Origin: Candidatus Thalassarchaeum sp.
Lineage (GTDB): Archaea; Thermoplasmatota; Poseidoniia; Poseidoniales; Thalassarchaeaceae
Assembly (NCBI GenBank): GCA_965658085.1
Contig: CBFHQW010000001.1
Coordinates: 1-50,423, forward strand
Direction of reading: 5' to 3'
DNA: 50,423 bases
Position numbers and translations under genes: made by a program. How positions within the stretch are numbered: the stretch's first letter is position 1; each line of letters begins with the position of its first letter. Below the pieces are notes generated by a model, which was not told the DNA's origin, did not search any database, and saw nothing but the letters and a program-made list of their open reading frames with translations. Below, piece by piece: positions 1 to 9,183 of the stretch.

Positions 1-2
1 AT

Positions 3-683
3 GGCGGCACTGATGTCGCTCTGATGTACATGACCAACGACTACGGTTCAGGATTCGCTGACGCGTTCACAGCCGCTCACGGTGCAGACAACCTCTGTGC
101 TTCGATTGGCTATGAGGAGACCACAACCGACTTCACCTCTCAGGTGCAGCAGGTCGTGGACAACAGCTGTGGTAGTGTAGTACTGATTTCGTACGCCGCT
201 GACGGAGCGGCCATCGTTGAGGAGCTCGCAGCGCAGAGCTTCTCTGGACAGATCTTCGGAGGCGACGGTGTCGCTGAAGAGGGACTGTGCTCATCGATGA
301 CTGACCCGACACTGTGTGACGGTATCGTTGCCACCAAGCCTGCTTCGGCTACGCCGAACGAGCGCTCGGTGGCTTTCGCGCAAATCTGTGGAGCAATCCC
401 TGACTGCGACAGTGGTATCTACACCGCCGAGGCGTTCGACGCTATGATCATCATGGGATATGCTGTCTTCGCGGGTGCTTCGAGCCCCGCAGGCACACCT
501 CTCGGCTTGCTGATCAATGCTGTCGGACAGGGCTTCGTAGGAGCTAGCGGCGTCCACACCTTCACCCCTGGTGGCGATGTGGGCGGCAACGGATACTGCG
601 TTGGAACCTTCAACGCAGCAGCCGACGGAACTGTATCGTTCGATTGCGACCGATTCTGGTCGCTTGAGAACGGCATACAGTAA
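3..683 (+). CDS. Branched-chain amino acid ABC transporter substrate-binding protein (LivJ/LivK-type periplasmic binding fold), C-terminal fragment; the 5' end lies outside the window
   Basis: The frame is open from base 3 (GGTDVALMYMTNDYGSGFADAF...), so the listed ATG at 24 is internal. The ...NDYG.GF...F pattern and the immediately downstream LivHM/G/F genes fit the family. Confidence 0.7.
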   Translation, partial: GGTDVALMYMTNDYGSGFADAFTAAHGADNLCASIGYEETTTDFTSQVQQVVDNSCGSVVLISYAADGAAIVEELAAQSFSGQIFGGDGVAEEGLCSSMTDPTLCDGIVATKPASATPNERSVAFAQICGAIPDCDSGIYTAEAFDAMIIMGYAVFAGASSPAGTPLGLLINAVGQGFVGASGVHTFTPGGDVGGNGYCVGTFNAAADGTVSFDCDRFWSLENGIQ

Positions 684-725
684 GTCCGAAGTTCTGAGTG
701 ACTGAAGACAAACTGGGAACGTAAA

Positions 726-758
726 GCACCACGGCGGGCTAATCGCCTGCCGTGGTGC
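726..758 (+). promoter_or_regulatory. Strong intercistronic stem-loop between the binding-protein gene and the permease gene
   Basis: GCACCACGGCGGGC-TAATC-GCCTGCCGTGGTGC forms a 14-bp stem (13 Watson-Crick pairs plus 1 G-T) with a 5-nt loop. No T-run follows, so it is not a classic terminator. Confidence 0.45.
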
Positions 759-813
759 CCCCCAACAATGATTACTATCTACAGACAGCGTCAGATGGGC
801 GGTATCGCCGCCG

Positions 814-3800
814 GTGATATCGATGCTCGACTCTCAACTTAGCAGGTGGAACTCTCTGTCTCGAGGGAGTCGTAGGACGGCCATCGCGCTGCTTATCATC
901 ATAGACGCCAATATAGGTCTACTGAACGGCTGGGGCCTACTCAATCTGTTAGACTCCCTCTCTGGGGGCAATGTACCCAATGATATGGTCTGGCTGCTGC
1001 AGGTCATCGAGTCAATTTCAGGCGGATTCTTCCTAGTCAAGATCCTATTCGACGATGTTCCTGCAAGTTGGCCAAGATCGATTGCCATCGCCTTGTCGCC
1101 GATATTCCTGTTGTTCATGGTGGGCATGAGTCTTGACAATTTATTCAAGGGCCTGAATGACGACGTCAGACTAACTCTCGACCTCATCTCCATAGGCACA
1201 TCAACACTCACATGGTCATCGACCTATCTCGCAATCGCAGTCGGACTGACTCTCACTTACAAGGTCCAGCGCTACGGTAACTTTGCCCAAAGTGAGTTCT
1301 TCATGCTCGGCATGTATCTCTCTATGGTCATGGTCTGGTCTGACTACTTCTTCCCGATGTACGATGCACCTCTGGACGGCACTCTGGCATGGTCTGTCCT
1401 TCTCTGGACGCTTGTTGCCGCTTTCGTACTCACCGGTCTTGCTGGTATCATCATCGACAGGCTCGTTTATCGCGGTTTCAGGAAGAAGGAAGCTTCACCG
1501 CAGGTGATGATGATCGCATCTCTAGGGGTGGCTCTAGCTCTGAGGGCCATCACCTACCTCCGCTTCGGCGCCGGCAAGAAGATGTTTGAGCCGGATGCTG
1601 ATTGGAGAGTCCCAACTCTGAGGTGGGACATACCGACCCAGAAACTGCGATTGAATCTAGGCGTTAGGGACCTCGAAGATGGCGATACATACACGCACGG
1701 TGGATGCGAGGCAGTAGGCACAGATGAGGCCGGTGCACCTCTGTATGAACATATCACGAGTGAGGGTAGCAAGCCACTGTTCGATATGTATAATCTAGCC
1801 AACGACTGTGTCACCGAGGCCACCACTGGCTACGCGTACTACAAGGGGGCAATCCCTGTCCTAGTATTCAGCTCCGTCATTCTGCTGCTGATTCTACTCA
1901 GGAAGACTCGCCTCGGGCGCAGAATGAGGGCAGTAGCCGACAACCCCGACCTAGCAGCCAGCAGTGGAATCAACGTCGAACGCATCCAACTAACAAGCGC
2001 ATTCCTGTCAGCAGGAATCTCAGGAATGGGAGGAGCCATCTTCGCAATGACCCTCAGATTCACCCCTGAGACCGCCTTCACTCTCTTACTACCTTCCTTT
2101 GCAGTCATCGTCCTCGGAACCATCGGCTCGATTCCTGGGGCCATAGTTGGCTCACTGATTGTCGGTTTCGTCAGAGCCCTCTCCTCACCTGTACTGATTG
2201 GAATAGGACTTCCTCTGGGGCGTTCCAACTATACTGCTCTAGACGGTGTGATGCCCTACGTCTTCCTTGTGGCAATACTCATGATTATGCCAGAAGGCAT
2301 CGGGTCGGCATGGGAGAAATGGAAAGTCGACAGGTTACGCAAACGAGCCGAGGAGAAACCATCCAAAAAATTGGGGGCGATTCTCGCCATATCTCCTTTG
2401 GGTGTACTGGGGGCGCATAACTTCCAGCAGAGAAAAAACGCCAGAGGCGAATCGATGATGATTGTGACCATCGGGGCCTATGTGTTCAGCAGAATCACCC
2501 GCTTCATTGCTGGCAACTCATTCGCCCAGGGATCCTGCTCCGCTGACTGCCAGGACTCTGGTTCAGTCGCAACTAACTTCGAGATGGTGACTGGCCGTAC
2601 CGATGGTGAATTCGTCCTCACTGACTCGCCATTTACAGAATCGGATGTCCAGAGTAGCCCGCCCAGTGATATGGACTCCACCGCTACAGAACAGTGGCTC
2701 GCAGACGCACTCGCCGATTTGAACAACTCATGGATGGACCTGATGAACACCGAACTTGGATTCGTCAACACCTTAGTGGACCTAGGCGACGTCATCTGGC
2801 CCACCGTCCCGATTTTGGTCTGGTTGATTGCTGTAATCGAGGGCTACTTCCTGTTTCAGGGTCGTGAAGATGACGCCTTGGAGCCACTAACTGACTTCAT
2901 CTCCAACCTGACCGCGCCTATCACCCAGTCTAGGAACTCTAGCTCGGTAGCCGTGACTCAGGCCCTTGGTTCGGCACGGGCCCCACTCGACTCGTTCCAC
3001 ACAACGATGTACAATAGCCTAGATAGTTTCCAGTCAGGATTCGACCGCAAAGGGAAGTACATGCTCCTAACCGTCTTGGTGATAATCCTCACCACGGCGG
3101 CTCCACCGTTCTTCGCAAGGGCCCTATTGATCCTACTGCTTCTGTGGATCGTCGGTCTCGCACTACTTGCTTGGAAGACGGGAGATCCTCCTCTGGGGGA
3201 ACTGAGGCGCCTAGCGCCGTATGGCAGAGAGAGCCCTTTCGGCTCGTGGGTCGCGTTCATCTCCCTACTGGTATTCCTGTTGCTGTTCGTCGAGTGGCTG
3301 CCGGTAGCAGAATCCGAGAATCAGACCTTCATCAAGACACTGCAAGTTTCCAATGTACTACTGACTCTCTCTATCTTCTCGCTGATGGCATTCGCTCTGA
3401 ACCTGCATACTGGCGTTACGGGGATGGTCAACTTCGGAATCATATTCTTCGTTGGGGTCGGGGCAATCACTGTGGGCATCTTGACCGCCCCCAAGGAGTT
3501 GCATGGCTACGACTGGCCAATCTTCTGGGCGGTCGTAGCAGGGGTGCTCCTGTCGGCCGTATTCGGCTGGTTATTGGCATATCCCACGGCCAGGCTCCGG
3601 ATGGACTACTTCGCCATCGTGACAATATCGCTCGGTGAGATTGTACGCGTGCTGCTGATGGGCGAGCCTTTGCTGAGAGCAGGTTCGTGGGGCTCGTCGA
3701 TAGGTATCTCGCGTTACCCTATGCCCTTCGAGCGCTGGTGGTTCTGTGGCAACACAGTTCCTAACAAGCTTCTCATGGGATCGGATTTTCTCTTTGGAAC

Positions 3801-4779
3801 TGCTGACGACATTATTGAGCCAATGACTCCTGATGATTGTGCTGATGTAGTCGGAATAGGAAGTCCCGCCGAGTTGCTGGGCCGCTCAAGTGGCGAGTTT
3901 ACAAATGTCGAAGTGTTAAATCATACATCAGGGTTTACTGACGTTTCCGATATTGTATATGAGGCGGCACCATACTCAATGGAGCTTGGCCAGCCAGCGC
4001 CCTACATGATGATGCTCGCCATCATAGGTATAGCCAGCCTGATTGCGATTTGGTGGCTTCTGGAGACGGTGCTGAAGTCGCCGTGGGGACGGATACTCCG
4101 TTCTATCAGGGAGGACGAGGAGGTCGCGCAGCACCACGGGCACGATGTATTGACGCACAAGGCGGCAAGCCTAGCACTCGGTGCTGCTATCGCAGGGTTT
4201 GCGGGAGCTCTTTGGGCTTGGAAACTCACAGGCTTCCAACCATCCTTCATGGCTCCTGCGAGATCCACATTCCTAGTCTGGGCCGCTTTCGTGATTGGCG
4301 GAGCGGCCAACAACAAGGGAATGATCATCGGCGCTTTCATCTACGTCATCATGGAATTCGTCTTCAATGTCCTAGTGGCTGGACAGGGCTCATCAGATCT
4401 CCCACTCAATGAAACTGCTGCCATGATCGATCGCTTCTTTGAGTGGATGGTAACAGGTAGTGAACTCTGGTTCTGGCCGCACTTCACTCCGTTAGAGACC
4501 TTCCTTGCGATTGTAGTGATAGGCCTCTTGACCAATAAATGGGGCATAGTCGAATCGGGTCTTTGTGGTGCCACAGTATTCGCCGCGAACTGGGTGCTCC
4601 TAGGTGAGCGCTCGATAGATGAGGGCTTCATCACCGGCGCAATTCTTGCTGACATGGCTTACGTCAAGGTCCTGCTGATTGGCTTGATGATAGTATTCTC
4701 ACTGAAGTACAACCCGAAGGGTCTGTTGCCCGAAGTCCCGAGCAGACCACCCCGTCGCACCGGAGGTGAAGCCGAATGA
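814..4779 (+). CDS. Fused LivH-LivM branched-chain amino acid ABC transporter permease with large insertions
   Basis: 1321-aa ORF. Residues ~140-505 are LivH-like (GLTLTYKVQRYGNFAQSEFFMLGMY; GRRMRAVADNPDLAASSGINV). Residues ~830-1300 are LivM-like (ALNLHTGVTGMVNFG; LRMDYFAIVTISLGEIVR; SPWGRILRSIREDEEVA). The stop overlaps the livG start (ATGA at 4776-4779). The start is uncertain: GTG 814 or ATG 823. Confidence 0.8.
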   Translation: MISMLDSQLSRWNSLSRGSRRTAIALLIIIDANIGLLNGWGLLNLLDSLSGGNVPNDMVWLLQVIESISGGFFLVKILFDDVPASWPRSIAIALSPIFLLFMVGMSLDNLFKGLNDDVRLTLDLISIGTSTLTWSSTYLAIAVGLTLTYKVQRYGNFAQSEFFMLGMYLSMVMVWSDYFFPMYDAPLDGTLAWSVLLWTLVAAFVLTGLAGIIIDRLVYRGFRKKEASPQVMMIASLGVALALRAITYLRFGAGKKMFEPDADWRVPTLRWDIPTQKLRLNLGVRDLEDGDTYTHGGCEAVGTDEAGAPLYEHITSEGSKPLFDMYNLANDCVTEATTGYAYYKGAIPVLVFSSVILLLILLRKTRLGRRMRAVADNPDLAASSGINVERIQLTSAFLSAGISGMGGAIFAMTLRFTPETAFTLLLPSFAVIVLGTIGSIPGAIVGSLIVGFVRALSSPVLIGIGLPLGRSNYTALDGVMPYVFLVAILMIMPEGIGSAWEKWKVDRLRKRAEEKPSKKLGAILAISPLGVLGAHNFQQRKNARGESMMIVTIGAYVFSRITRFIAGNSFAQGSCSADCQDSGSVATNFEMVTGRTDGEFVLTDSPFTESDVQSSPPSDMDSTATEQWLADALADLNNSWMDLMNTELGFVNTLVDLGDVIWPTVPILVWLIAVIEGYFLFQGREDDALEPLTDFISNLTAPITQSRNSSSVAVTQALGSARAPLDSFHTTMYNSLDSFQSGFDRKGKYMLLTVLVIILTTAAPPFFARALLILLLLWIVGLALLAWKTGDPPLGELRRLAPYGRESPFGSWVAFISLLVFLLLFVEWLPVAESENQTFIKTLQVSNVLLTLSIFSLMAFALNLHTGVTGMVNFGIIFFVGVGAITVGILTAPKELHGYDWPIFWAVVAGVLLSAVFGWLLAYPTARLRMDYFAIVTISLGEIVRVLLMGEPLLRAGSWGSSIGISRYPMPFERWWFCGNTVPNKLLMGSDFLFGTADDIIEPMTPDDCADVVGIGSPAELLGRSSGEFTNVEVLNHTSGFTDVSDIVYEAAPYSMELGQPAPYMMMLAIIGIASLIAIWWLLETVLKSPWGRILRSIREDEEVAQHHGHDVLTHKAASLALGAAIAGFAGALWAWKLTGFQPSFMAPARSTFLVWAAFVIGGAANNKGMIIGAFIYVIMEFVFNVLVAGQGSSDLPLNETAAMIDRFFEWMVTGSELWFWPHFTPLETFLAIVVIGLLTNKWGIVESGLCGATVFAANWVLLGERSIDEGFITGAILADMAYVKVLLIGLMIVFSLKYNPKGLLPEVPSRPPRRTGGEAE

Positions 4780-5573
4780 AGACAGTGCTCCGAGTCAAAG
4801 GTCTACGCAAGGAGTTCGGCGGGCTTGTTGCTGTTGAGGACGTCTCCTTCGAAATTGGCCCGGGTGAGTTCGTAGGCCTCATCGGGCCCAACGGCTGCGG
4901 CAAGTCCACCACGTTCAACTGTATCAGCGGGTTGCTTGATCAGACCACTGGCACAGTCGAGGTGTTCGAACAGGACGTCTCTACGAAGAGGCCCGATGAG
5001 ATTCAGAAACTCGGTCTTACTCGCACCTTCCAGCATACTAGGTTGTGGCGGCGGATGACAGTCATAGAGAACCTCATGGTGCCGCCGAGGAAGCAGTTTG
5101 GATTAGGCCTCAACGACTCCCTGAAAGCACTTCTTAGACCTCACAGCAGTTCAGCGGAAGAAGAGCGTCTGGATAAGGCGTACTCGGTGTTAGACCAACT
5201 CGAGGTCCCTCACATGGCTCACAATCTGACCAGTGAACTCTCTGGAGGTCAGAGTAAATTAGTCGATATCGGGCGCTCTATGATGGGCGACCCAGAACTC
5301 CTCCTACTCGACGAGCCGGTAGCTGGTGTTGCCGGGCCTCTCGCTATGAAGATCTTCAACAACCTGAGGAACATCGTTGATGAGACCGGTATCTCGGTAC
5401 TCATCATCGAACACAACATGGACTTCATTCTCAGACAGGGCGTTGATCGCATTATCGTCATGAACGAAGGCAAGATATTGATGCAGGGCACGCCCGATGA
5501 GGTCAGGGGTAATAGGGAGGTCATCGAGGCCTACTTGGGAGCGTCTGGGGAGCCACAGGAGGAAGAGATATGA
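4776..5573 (+). CDS. livG: Branched-chain amino acid ABC transporter ATP-binding protein LivG
   Basis: Walker A GPNGCGKST, signature LSGGQSKL, Walker B LLLLDEP. ATGA overlaps with both neighbouring genes. Confidence 0.9.
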   Translation: MKTVLRVKGLRKEFGGLVAVEDVSFEIGPGEFVGLIGPNGCGKSTTFNCISGLLDQTTGTVEVFEQDVSTKRPDEIQKLGLTRTFQHTRLWRRMTVIENLMVPPRKQFGLGLNDSLKALLRPHSSSAEEERLDKAYSVLDQLEVPHMAHNLTSELSGGQSKLVDIGRSMMGDPELLLLDEPVAGVAGPLAMKIFNNLRNIVDETGISVLIIEHNMDFILRQGVDRIIVMNEGKILMQGTPDEVRGNREVIEAYLGASGEPQEEEI

Positions 5574-6289
5574 CTCGGGTGCTTGAAGTGAATGCCCTCG
5601 AAGGTGGGTACGGTTCAGTACAGATCTTGCACGGCATAGACATGTACGTTGACGAGGGCGAGTTCGTCACTGTAATCGGACCTAACGGATGCGGTAAATC
5701 GACTCTGATCAAGACCATCTTCGGTATTGCCACCCACTATTCTGGAGATATCCAGTATCGAGACAAGGACGTCTCTGGATGGAGAACCGACCAACTGGTC
5801 AATCATGGGATAGCCTACGTCCCGCAAGTGGACAACGTGTTTCCCTCCTTGTCGGTTGAGGAGAACCTGCAGATGGGTGGCAACACACTCGACACCAGAA
5901 CCCTCAATGAGAGAATTGAGAGATCACTCAAGATGTTCCCAGACCTGCGCAACAGGGTGCACGACCTAGCAGCTTCATTGTCTGGAGGTGAGCGCCAGAT
6001 GCTTGCCATCTCACGAGCCCTAATCTCAGACCCTAGTTTTTTGCTGTTAGACGAGCCCACAGCCGCCCTCTCACCGTTGTACCAGCAGCAGATTATCGAC
6101 AGGATAGACTCGCTGCGTGAGCAGGGCATAACCGTCCTCATAGTCGAGCAGAACGCACGCCTTTCGCTTTCTCGCTCAGACCGCGGTTACATCATGGCGA
6201 GCGGTAAGATAGTTCACACCGGCGATGCCAGCCACATCCTGACGGACCCCGAAATCGCCGAGTACTTCCTCGGTGGCACCAGCGACTGA
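5570..6289 (+). CDS. livF: Branched-chain amino acid ABC transporter ATP-binding protein LivF
   Basis: Walker A GPNGCGKST, signature LSGGERQML, Walker B LLLDEPTAALSP. Last gene of the liv cluster. Confidence 0.9.
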   Translation: MTRVLEVNALEGGYGSVQILHGIDMYVDEGEFVTVIGPNGCGKSTLIKTIFGIATHYSGDIQYRDKDVSGWRTDQLVNHGIAYVPQVDNVFPSLSVEENLQMGGNTLDTRTLNERIERSLKMFPDLRNRVHDLAASLSGGERQMLAISRALISDPSFLLLDEPTAALSPLYQQQIIDRIDSLREQGITVLIVEQNARLSLSRSDRGYIMASGKIVHTGDASHILTDPEIAEYFLGGTSD

Positions 6290-6352
6290 GATTATTCGAT
6301 ACCGCAGAAAGAGAGCTGTAAGAACTCGCATCATTCGTCCATCGCATTCGTT

Positions 6353-6781
6353 CTAGTCAAATTCCAGACCCAATAACTCAAACTCAGCAAGAGGACAACG
6401 CGTCATGGAGGCATGATCCATGACCCTGATGTGAATTTCAGCTACAACATGAACGGTTGCTTGAAACAAATGACCAGCATGGACGTTATTGTCATCATCA
6501 GACCAGCAGCAGTGGATATGGGTGAATGCATCTCCTTTCTCCGTGCGAGCAATATTGCCGGAGAGACTCACCAATTCTGAGGGGGAGTCCAAAGACCGTC
6601 TTTGGTAAACTCCTTCCTCATCCATGTAACCATATTGATTGTCACGAGTTCGACCAATACCGCTTGTGATAGCTCCCGCATCAAATCCAAGATCATCTGC
6701 CAGTTCCTTTAGTGCCGCGTGAATTTCTTCCCCCGGGTCAAGTCGCACGAGGATGTCACTTCCTGAACGCGTGTGTTCCAT
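6353..6781 (-). CDS. PPC-domain (DUF296) protein
   Basis: LVRLDPGEEIHAALKELADDLGFDAGAITSGIG...GNIA...HIHCCWSD...GHL resembles the PPC/DUF296 fold. I chose ATG 6781 (MEHTRSG) over the ORF-track start at 6856, which would run into the MCM promoter region. Confidence 0.6.
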   Translation of the reverse strand: MEHTRSGSDILVRLDPGEEIHAALKELADDLGFDAGAITSGIGRTRDNQYGYMDEEGVYQRRSLDSPSELVSLSGNIARTEKGDAFTHIHCCWSDDDNNVHAGHLFQATVHVVAEIHIRVMDHASMTRCPLAEFELLGLEFD

Positions 6782-6952
6782 GAGTGGGCGATTGTGTAAC
6801 GGTGCTTGAATGCCACCCAAGGTAGTTTTCCCATGGGCTTCGGCCGAATCAGCCAAACACCTGCAGTGGAAGCCTCCATTCCCTCATTCGACGCCCTGCC
6901 CGGGTTGGTTTTCTCTACTGGAACAGCAGGGGTTGAGGAGGCTGAACCTTAG

Positions 6953-6960
6953 TATTATAT
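6953..6960 (+). promoter_or_regulatory. Candidate archaeal TATA box for mcm
   Basis: TATTATAT lies about 40 nt upstream of ATG 6999, with GGTGGTGA (SD-like) at 6987-6994. Confidence 0.35.
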
Positions 6961-6998
6961 GCCGTGAACTCGGAGTCACAAAGCCCGGTGGTGAAAAT

Positions 6999-9152
6999 AT
7001 GTCAATGGCGGCACACGACTCCTCAGCCAGATGGCGAACCTTCCTCACTGAGGCCAAGGAGGACCAGATCCTCCTCCTACTTTCTAAACAAGCTCCTCCT
7101 TACTTGGAAGTCCCCTTCCACGAATTGCAAGCCTTCGACCCGGAGTTTGCCGACGACGTGCTAGAGCACCCTCGGCAGATCCTCGATCGAGGCTCTCAAA
7201 CCCTCATAGAGATATGTCGAGAGAGGGGTGATGACATCGATGCCGTGCTAAGAGTCGGCGAATTACCTCGGGATAGCAAGAGACCTCTCCGTGACATTGG
7301 CACCGCTGACATCGAGCGCCTTCGCAGCGTCGATGCCATCATCACCAAAATCTCCGATCTCAAGCCGCGCCTACATGTAGCCGTCTTCACCTGTGAGGCC
7401 TGTGGTAACACCATAGAGGTCAGTCAAAAGAATGAGAGGGAGCTAGTCGAACCTCTGCGATGTCCGTCCGATTCCGGGTGCGGAGGAAGTAAGAACTCAA
7501 AGGACAACCCGACGAGATTCAATCTCGTAGTCAACATCTCCAGAATGGTCAACAACCAGTGGATAGAGATACAAGAACTTCCTGAAAATGTACCCAGTGG
7601 GGCGCAGCCCACCCGTGCCTCTGTCCTCGTTGAGGGAGATCAGGTGAATCGGCACTTACCTGGAGAGAGGATAGTGGCGAATGTGATGCCCGTGGTTCGT
7701 AGCGAGGTCCGCCGCAACCGGAAGACCCCCATGTTCGACATCATCTACCATCTGGTCAGTTCCGAGCATGAGAGCATCCCATTCAACGAAATCCAAATCA
7801 GTGAAGAGGACAGGGATGAGATTCTCGAAATCTCCCGGAGGGAGGACCTGATGAGGCTCATGCAGCAATCGATAGCACCATCGGTGTTTGCTACTGGAGT
7901 GATGCACTATGTCAAACGCTCGTTGGCTCTACAGTTGTTTGGAGGCGTGTCAAGAATAAACCCTGACAGGACCCGAACACGCGGAGACATACACATCCTC
8001 CTGATGGGTGACCCTGGTGTGGCCAAATCTCAAGTCCTGAATTACATGTCAAAACTCTCTCCACGAGGAAAATTGGCTTCTGGAGGAGGGGTTTCGGGAG
8101 CCGGTCTGACCGCGGCTGCAGTCAGAGATGCTTTTGGAGACGGCAGATTCGCTTTGGAGGCCGGCGTCCTACCTCTGTCCGACAGAGGCTTGGCGGCAAT
8201 CGACGAATTCGACAAGATTAGCGATGAGGACAGGAAGGTCATGCACCCTGCCATGGAACAGCAGGAGATACATGTCGCCAAGGGCGGAATCACCGCTACT
8301 CTCCCATCCAGATGCTCAATCCTTGCCGCGGCGAATCCTAAAGAAGGGAGATTCTCCAAAAGAGGGCCAAATCAGAGTGTCATGCGCTCTTACAACGAGA
8401 CAGGTTTACCACCGCCTCTGGCCTCACGTTTTGATATCATATGGATGATTAGGGATGAGGTCAGGGTTGAGGACGACGAGAGGATTGCCCGACACATTCT
8501 GGATATGAGGACCCAAGGAGTCAGCGAGTCCAAGATTGAGGAAGCCCTCGATCTTGATCCCACTGAGGAGCAGGTGGACCAGATATTCGCTACTGGAGTC
8601 GATAAGACCGAACACTTCACTCTCGAGTTTCTTCGTAAGTACATCGCCTACGCCAAGCGCAACATCCACCCTGATCTCGATGAAAATGCCAGAGCTGAGA
8701 TACTCAGTTACTACACCAATGAACGCCAGTCCTACGGGCGTGACGACCAGATGGGAGAATCCGAGGTCATACCAATCACAGCCCGTGCTCTCGAGGCACT
8801 CATCCGCCTTACTGAGGCCCACGCTCGGATGCATCTCAGAGAAACAGCCTCTTCCGAGGATGCGAAGGTGGCTCTCGCAGTATTCAGGCACTGGAGGGAT
8901 GAGTCCGGAATTGAGGATGAGTCAGAGCTCTACTCAGGAGTCTCCGCCAGCGCACGTGCTACCAATACCATGGTTCGCAGCATCATCAGGGATATCTGCT
9001 CTGAGGGTGACGGGACAGCGCACATCACGGAGATATACAACAGAGCCTCGGTCAGGAAGATTCCCGATGGGAAGGTCGACGATGTCCTAGCCCACCTCCG
9101 GGAGAGCGGCTCGGTGTTCAGTCCTCGCAACGACGTCTATTCATTCCCATGA
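6999..9152 (+). CDS. mcm: MCM replicative helicase
   Basis: Walker A GDPGVAKSQ, Walker B AAIDEFDK, arginine finger SRFD, Zn motif CEACGN...CPSDSGC. I chose ATG 6999 (MSMAAHD), giving 717 aa. The ORF-track start at 6810 overlaps the divergent gene. Confidence 0.92.
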   Translation: MSMAAHDSSARWRTFLTEAKEDQILLLLSKQAPPYLEVPFHELQAFDPEFADDVLEHPRQILDRGSQTLIEICRERGDDIDAVLRVGELPRDSKRPLRDIGTADIERLRSVDAIITKISDLKPRLHVAVFTCEACGNTIEVSQKNERELVEPLRCPSDSGCGGSKNSKDNPTRFNLVVNISRMVNNQWIEIQELPENVPSGAQPTRASVLVEGDQVNRHLPGERIVANVMPVVRSEVRRNRKTPMFDIIYHLVSSEHESIPFNEIQISEEDRDEILEISRREDLMRLMQQSIAPSVFATGVMHYVKRSLALQLFGGVSRINPDRTRTRGDIHILLMGDPGVAKSQVLNYMSKLSPRGKLASGGGVSGAGLTAAAVRDAFGDGRFALEAGVLPLSDRGLAAIDEFDKISDEDRKVMHPAMEQQEIHVAKGGITATLPSRCSILAAANPKEGRFSKRGPNQSVMRSYNETGLPPPLASRFDIIWMIRDEVRVEDDERIARHILDMRTQGVSESKIEEALDLDPTEEQVDQIFATGVDKTEHFTLEFLRKYIAYAKRNIHPDLDENARAEILSYYTNERQSYGRDDQMGESEVIPITARALEALIRLTEAHARMHLRETASSEDAKVALAVFRHWRDESGIEDESELYSGVSASARATNTMVRSIIRDICSEGDGTAHITEIYNRASVRKIPDGKVDDVLAHLRESGSVFSPRNDVYSFP

Positions 9153-9183
9153 GTCTATTGAACGGACCCTCCTCTGAAGGTCG

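Noticed and set aside
4664-5733. Antisense ORFs containing 'PQPLGPM' and 'PHPLGPI', which I briefly considered as the missing L11 N-terminal domain (PPLGP motif)
   Set aside because: They are the reverse-strand reading of the Walker A regions of livG and livF (GPNGCGKST), not L11 sequence.
6810-6998. 5' extension of the MCM ORF (MPPKVVFPW...)
   Set aside because: It overlaps the divergent PPC-domain gene, has no MCM homology, and contains the TATA-like element and SD that precede ATG 6999.
6782-6998. Possible replication origin next to mcm
   Set aside because: I found no ORB-like repeated inverted elements and no extended AT-rich unwinding stretch. There is only a single TATA-like octamer.
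8424-9090. ORFs at 8424-8891 (-) and 8536-9090 (+) within mcm, and 10151-10654 (-) within gatE
   Set aside because: They are overlapping or alternative-frame ORFs inside strongly supported genes, with no recognisable motifs.
6999-9152. Possible intein in MCM
   Set aside because: The length (717 aa) is normal and the Walker A to arginine-finger spacing is uninterrupted.
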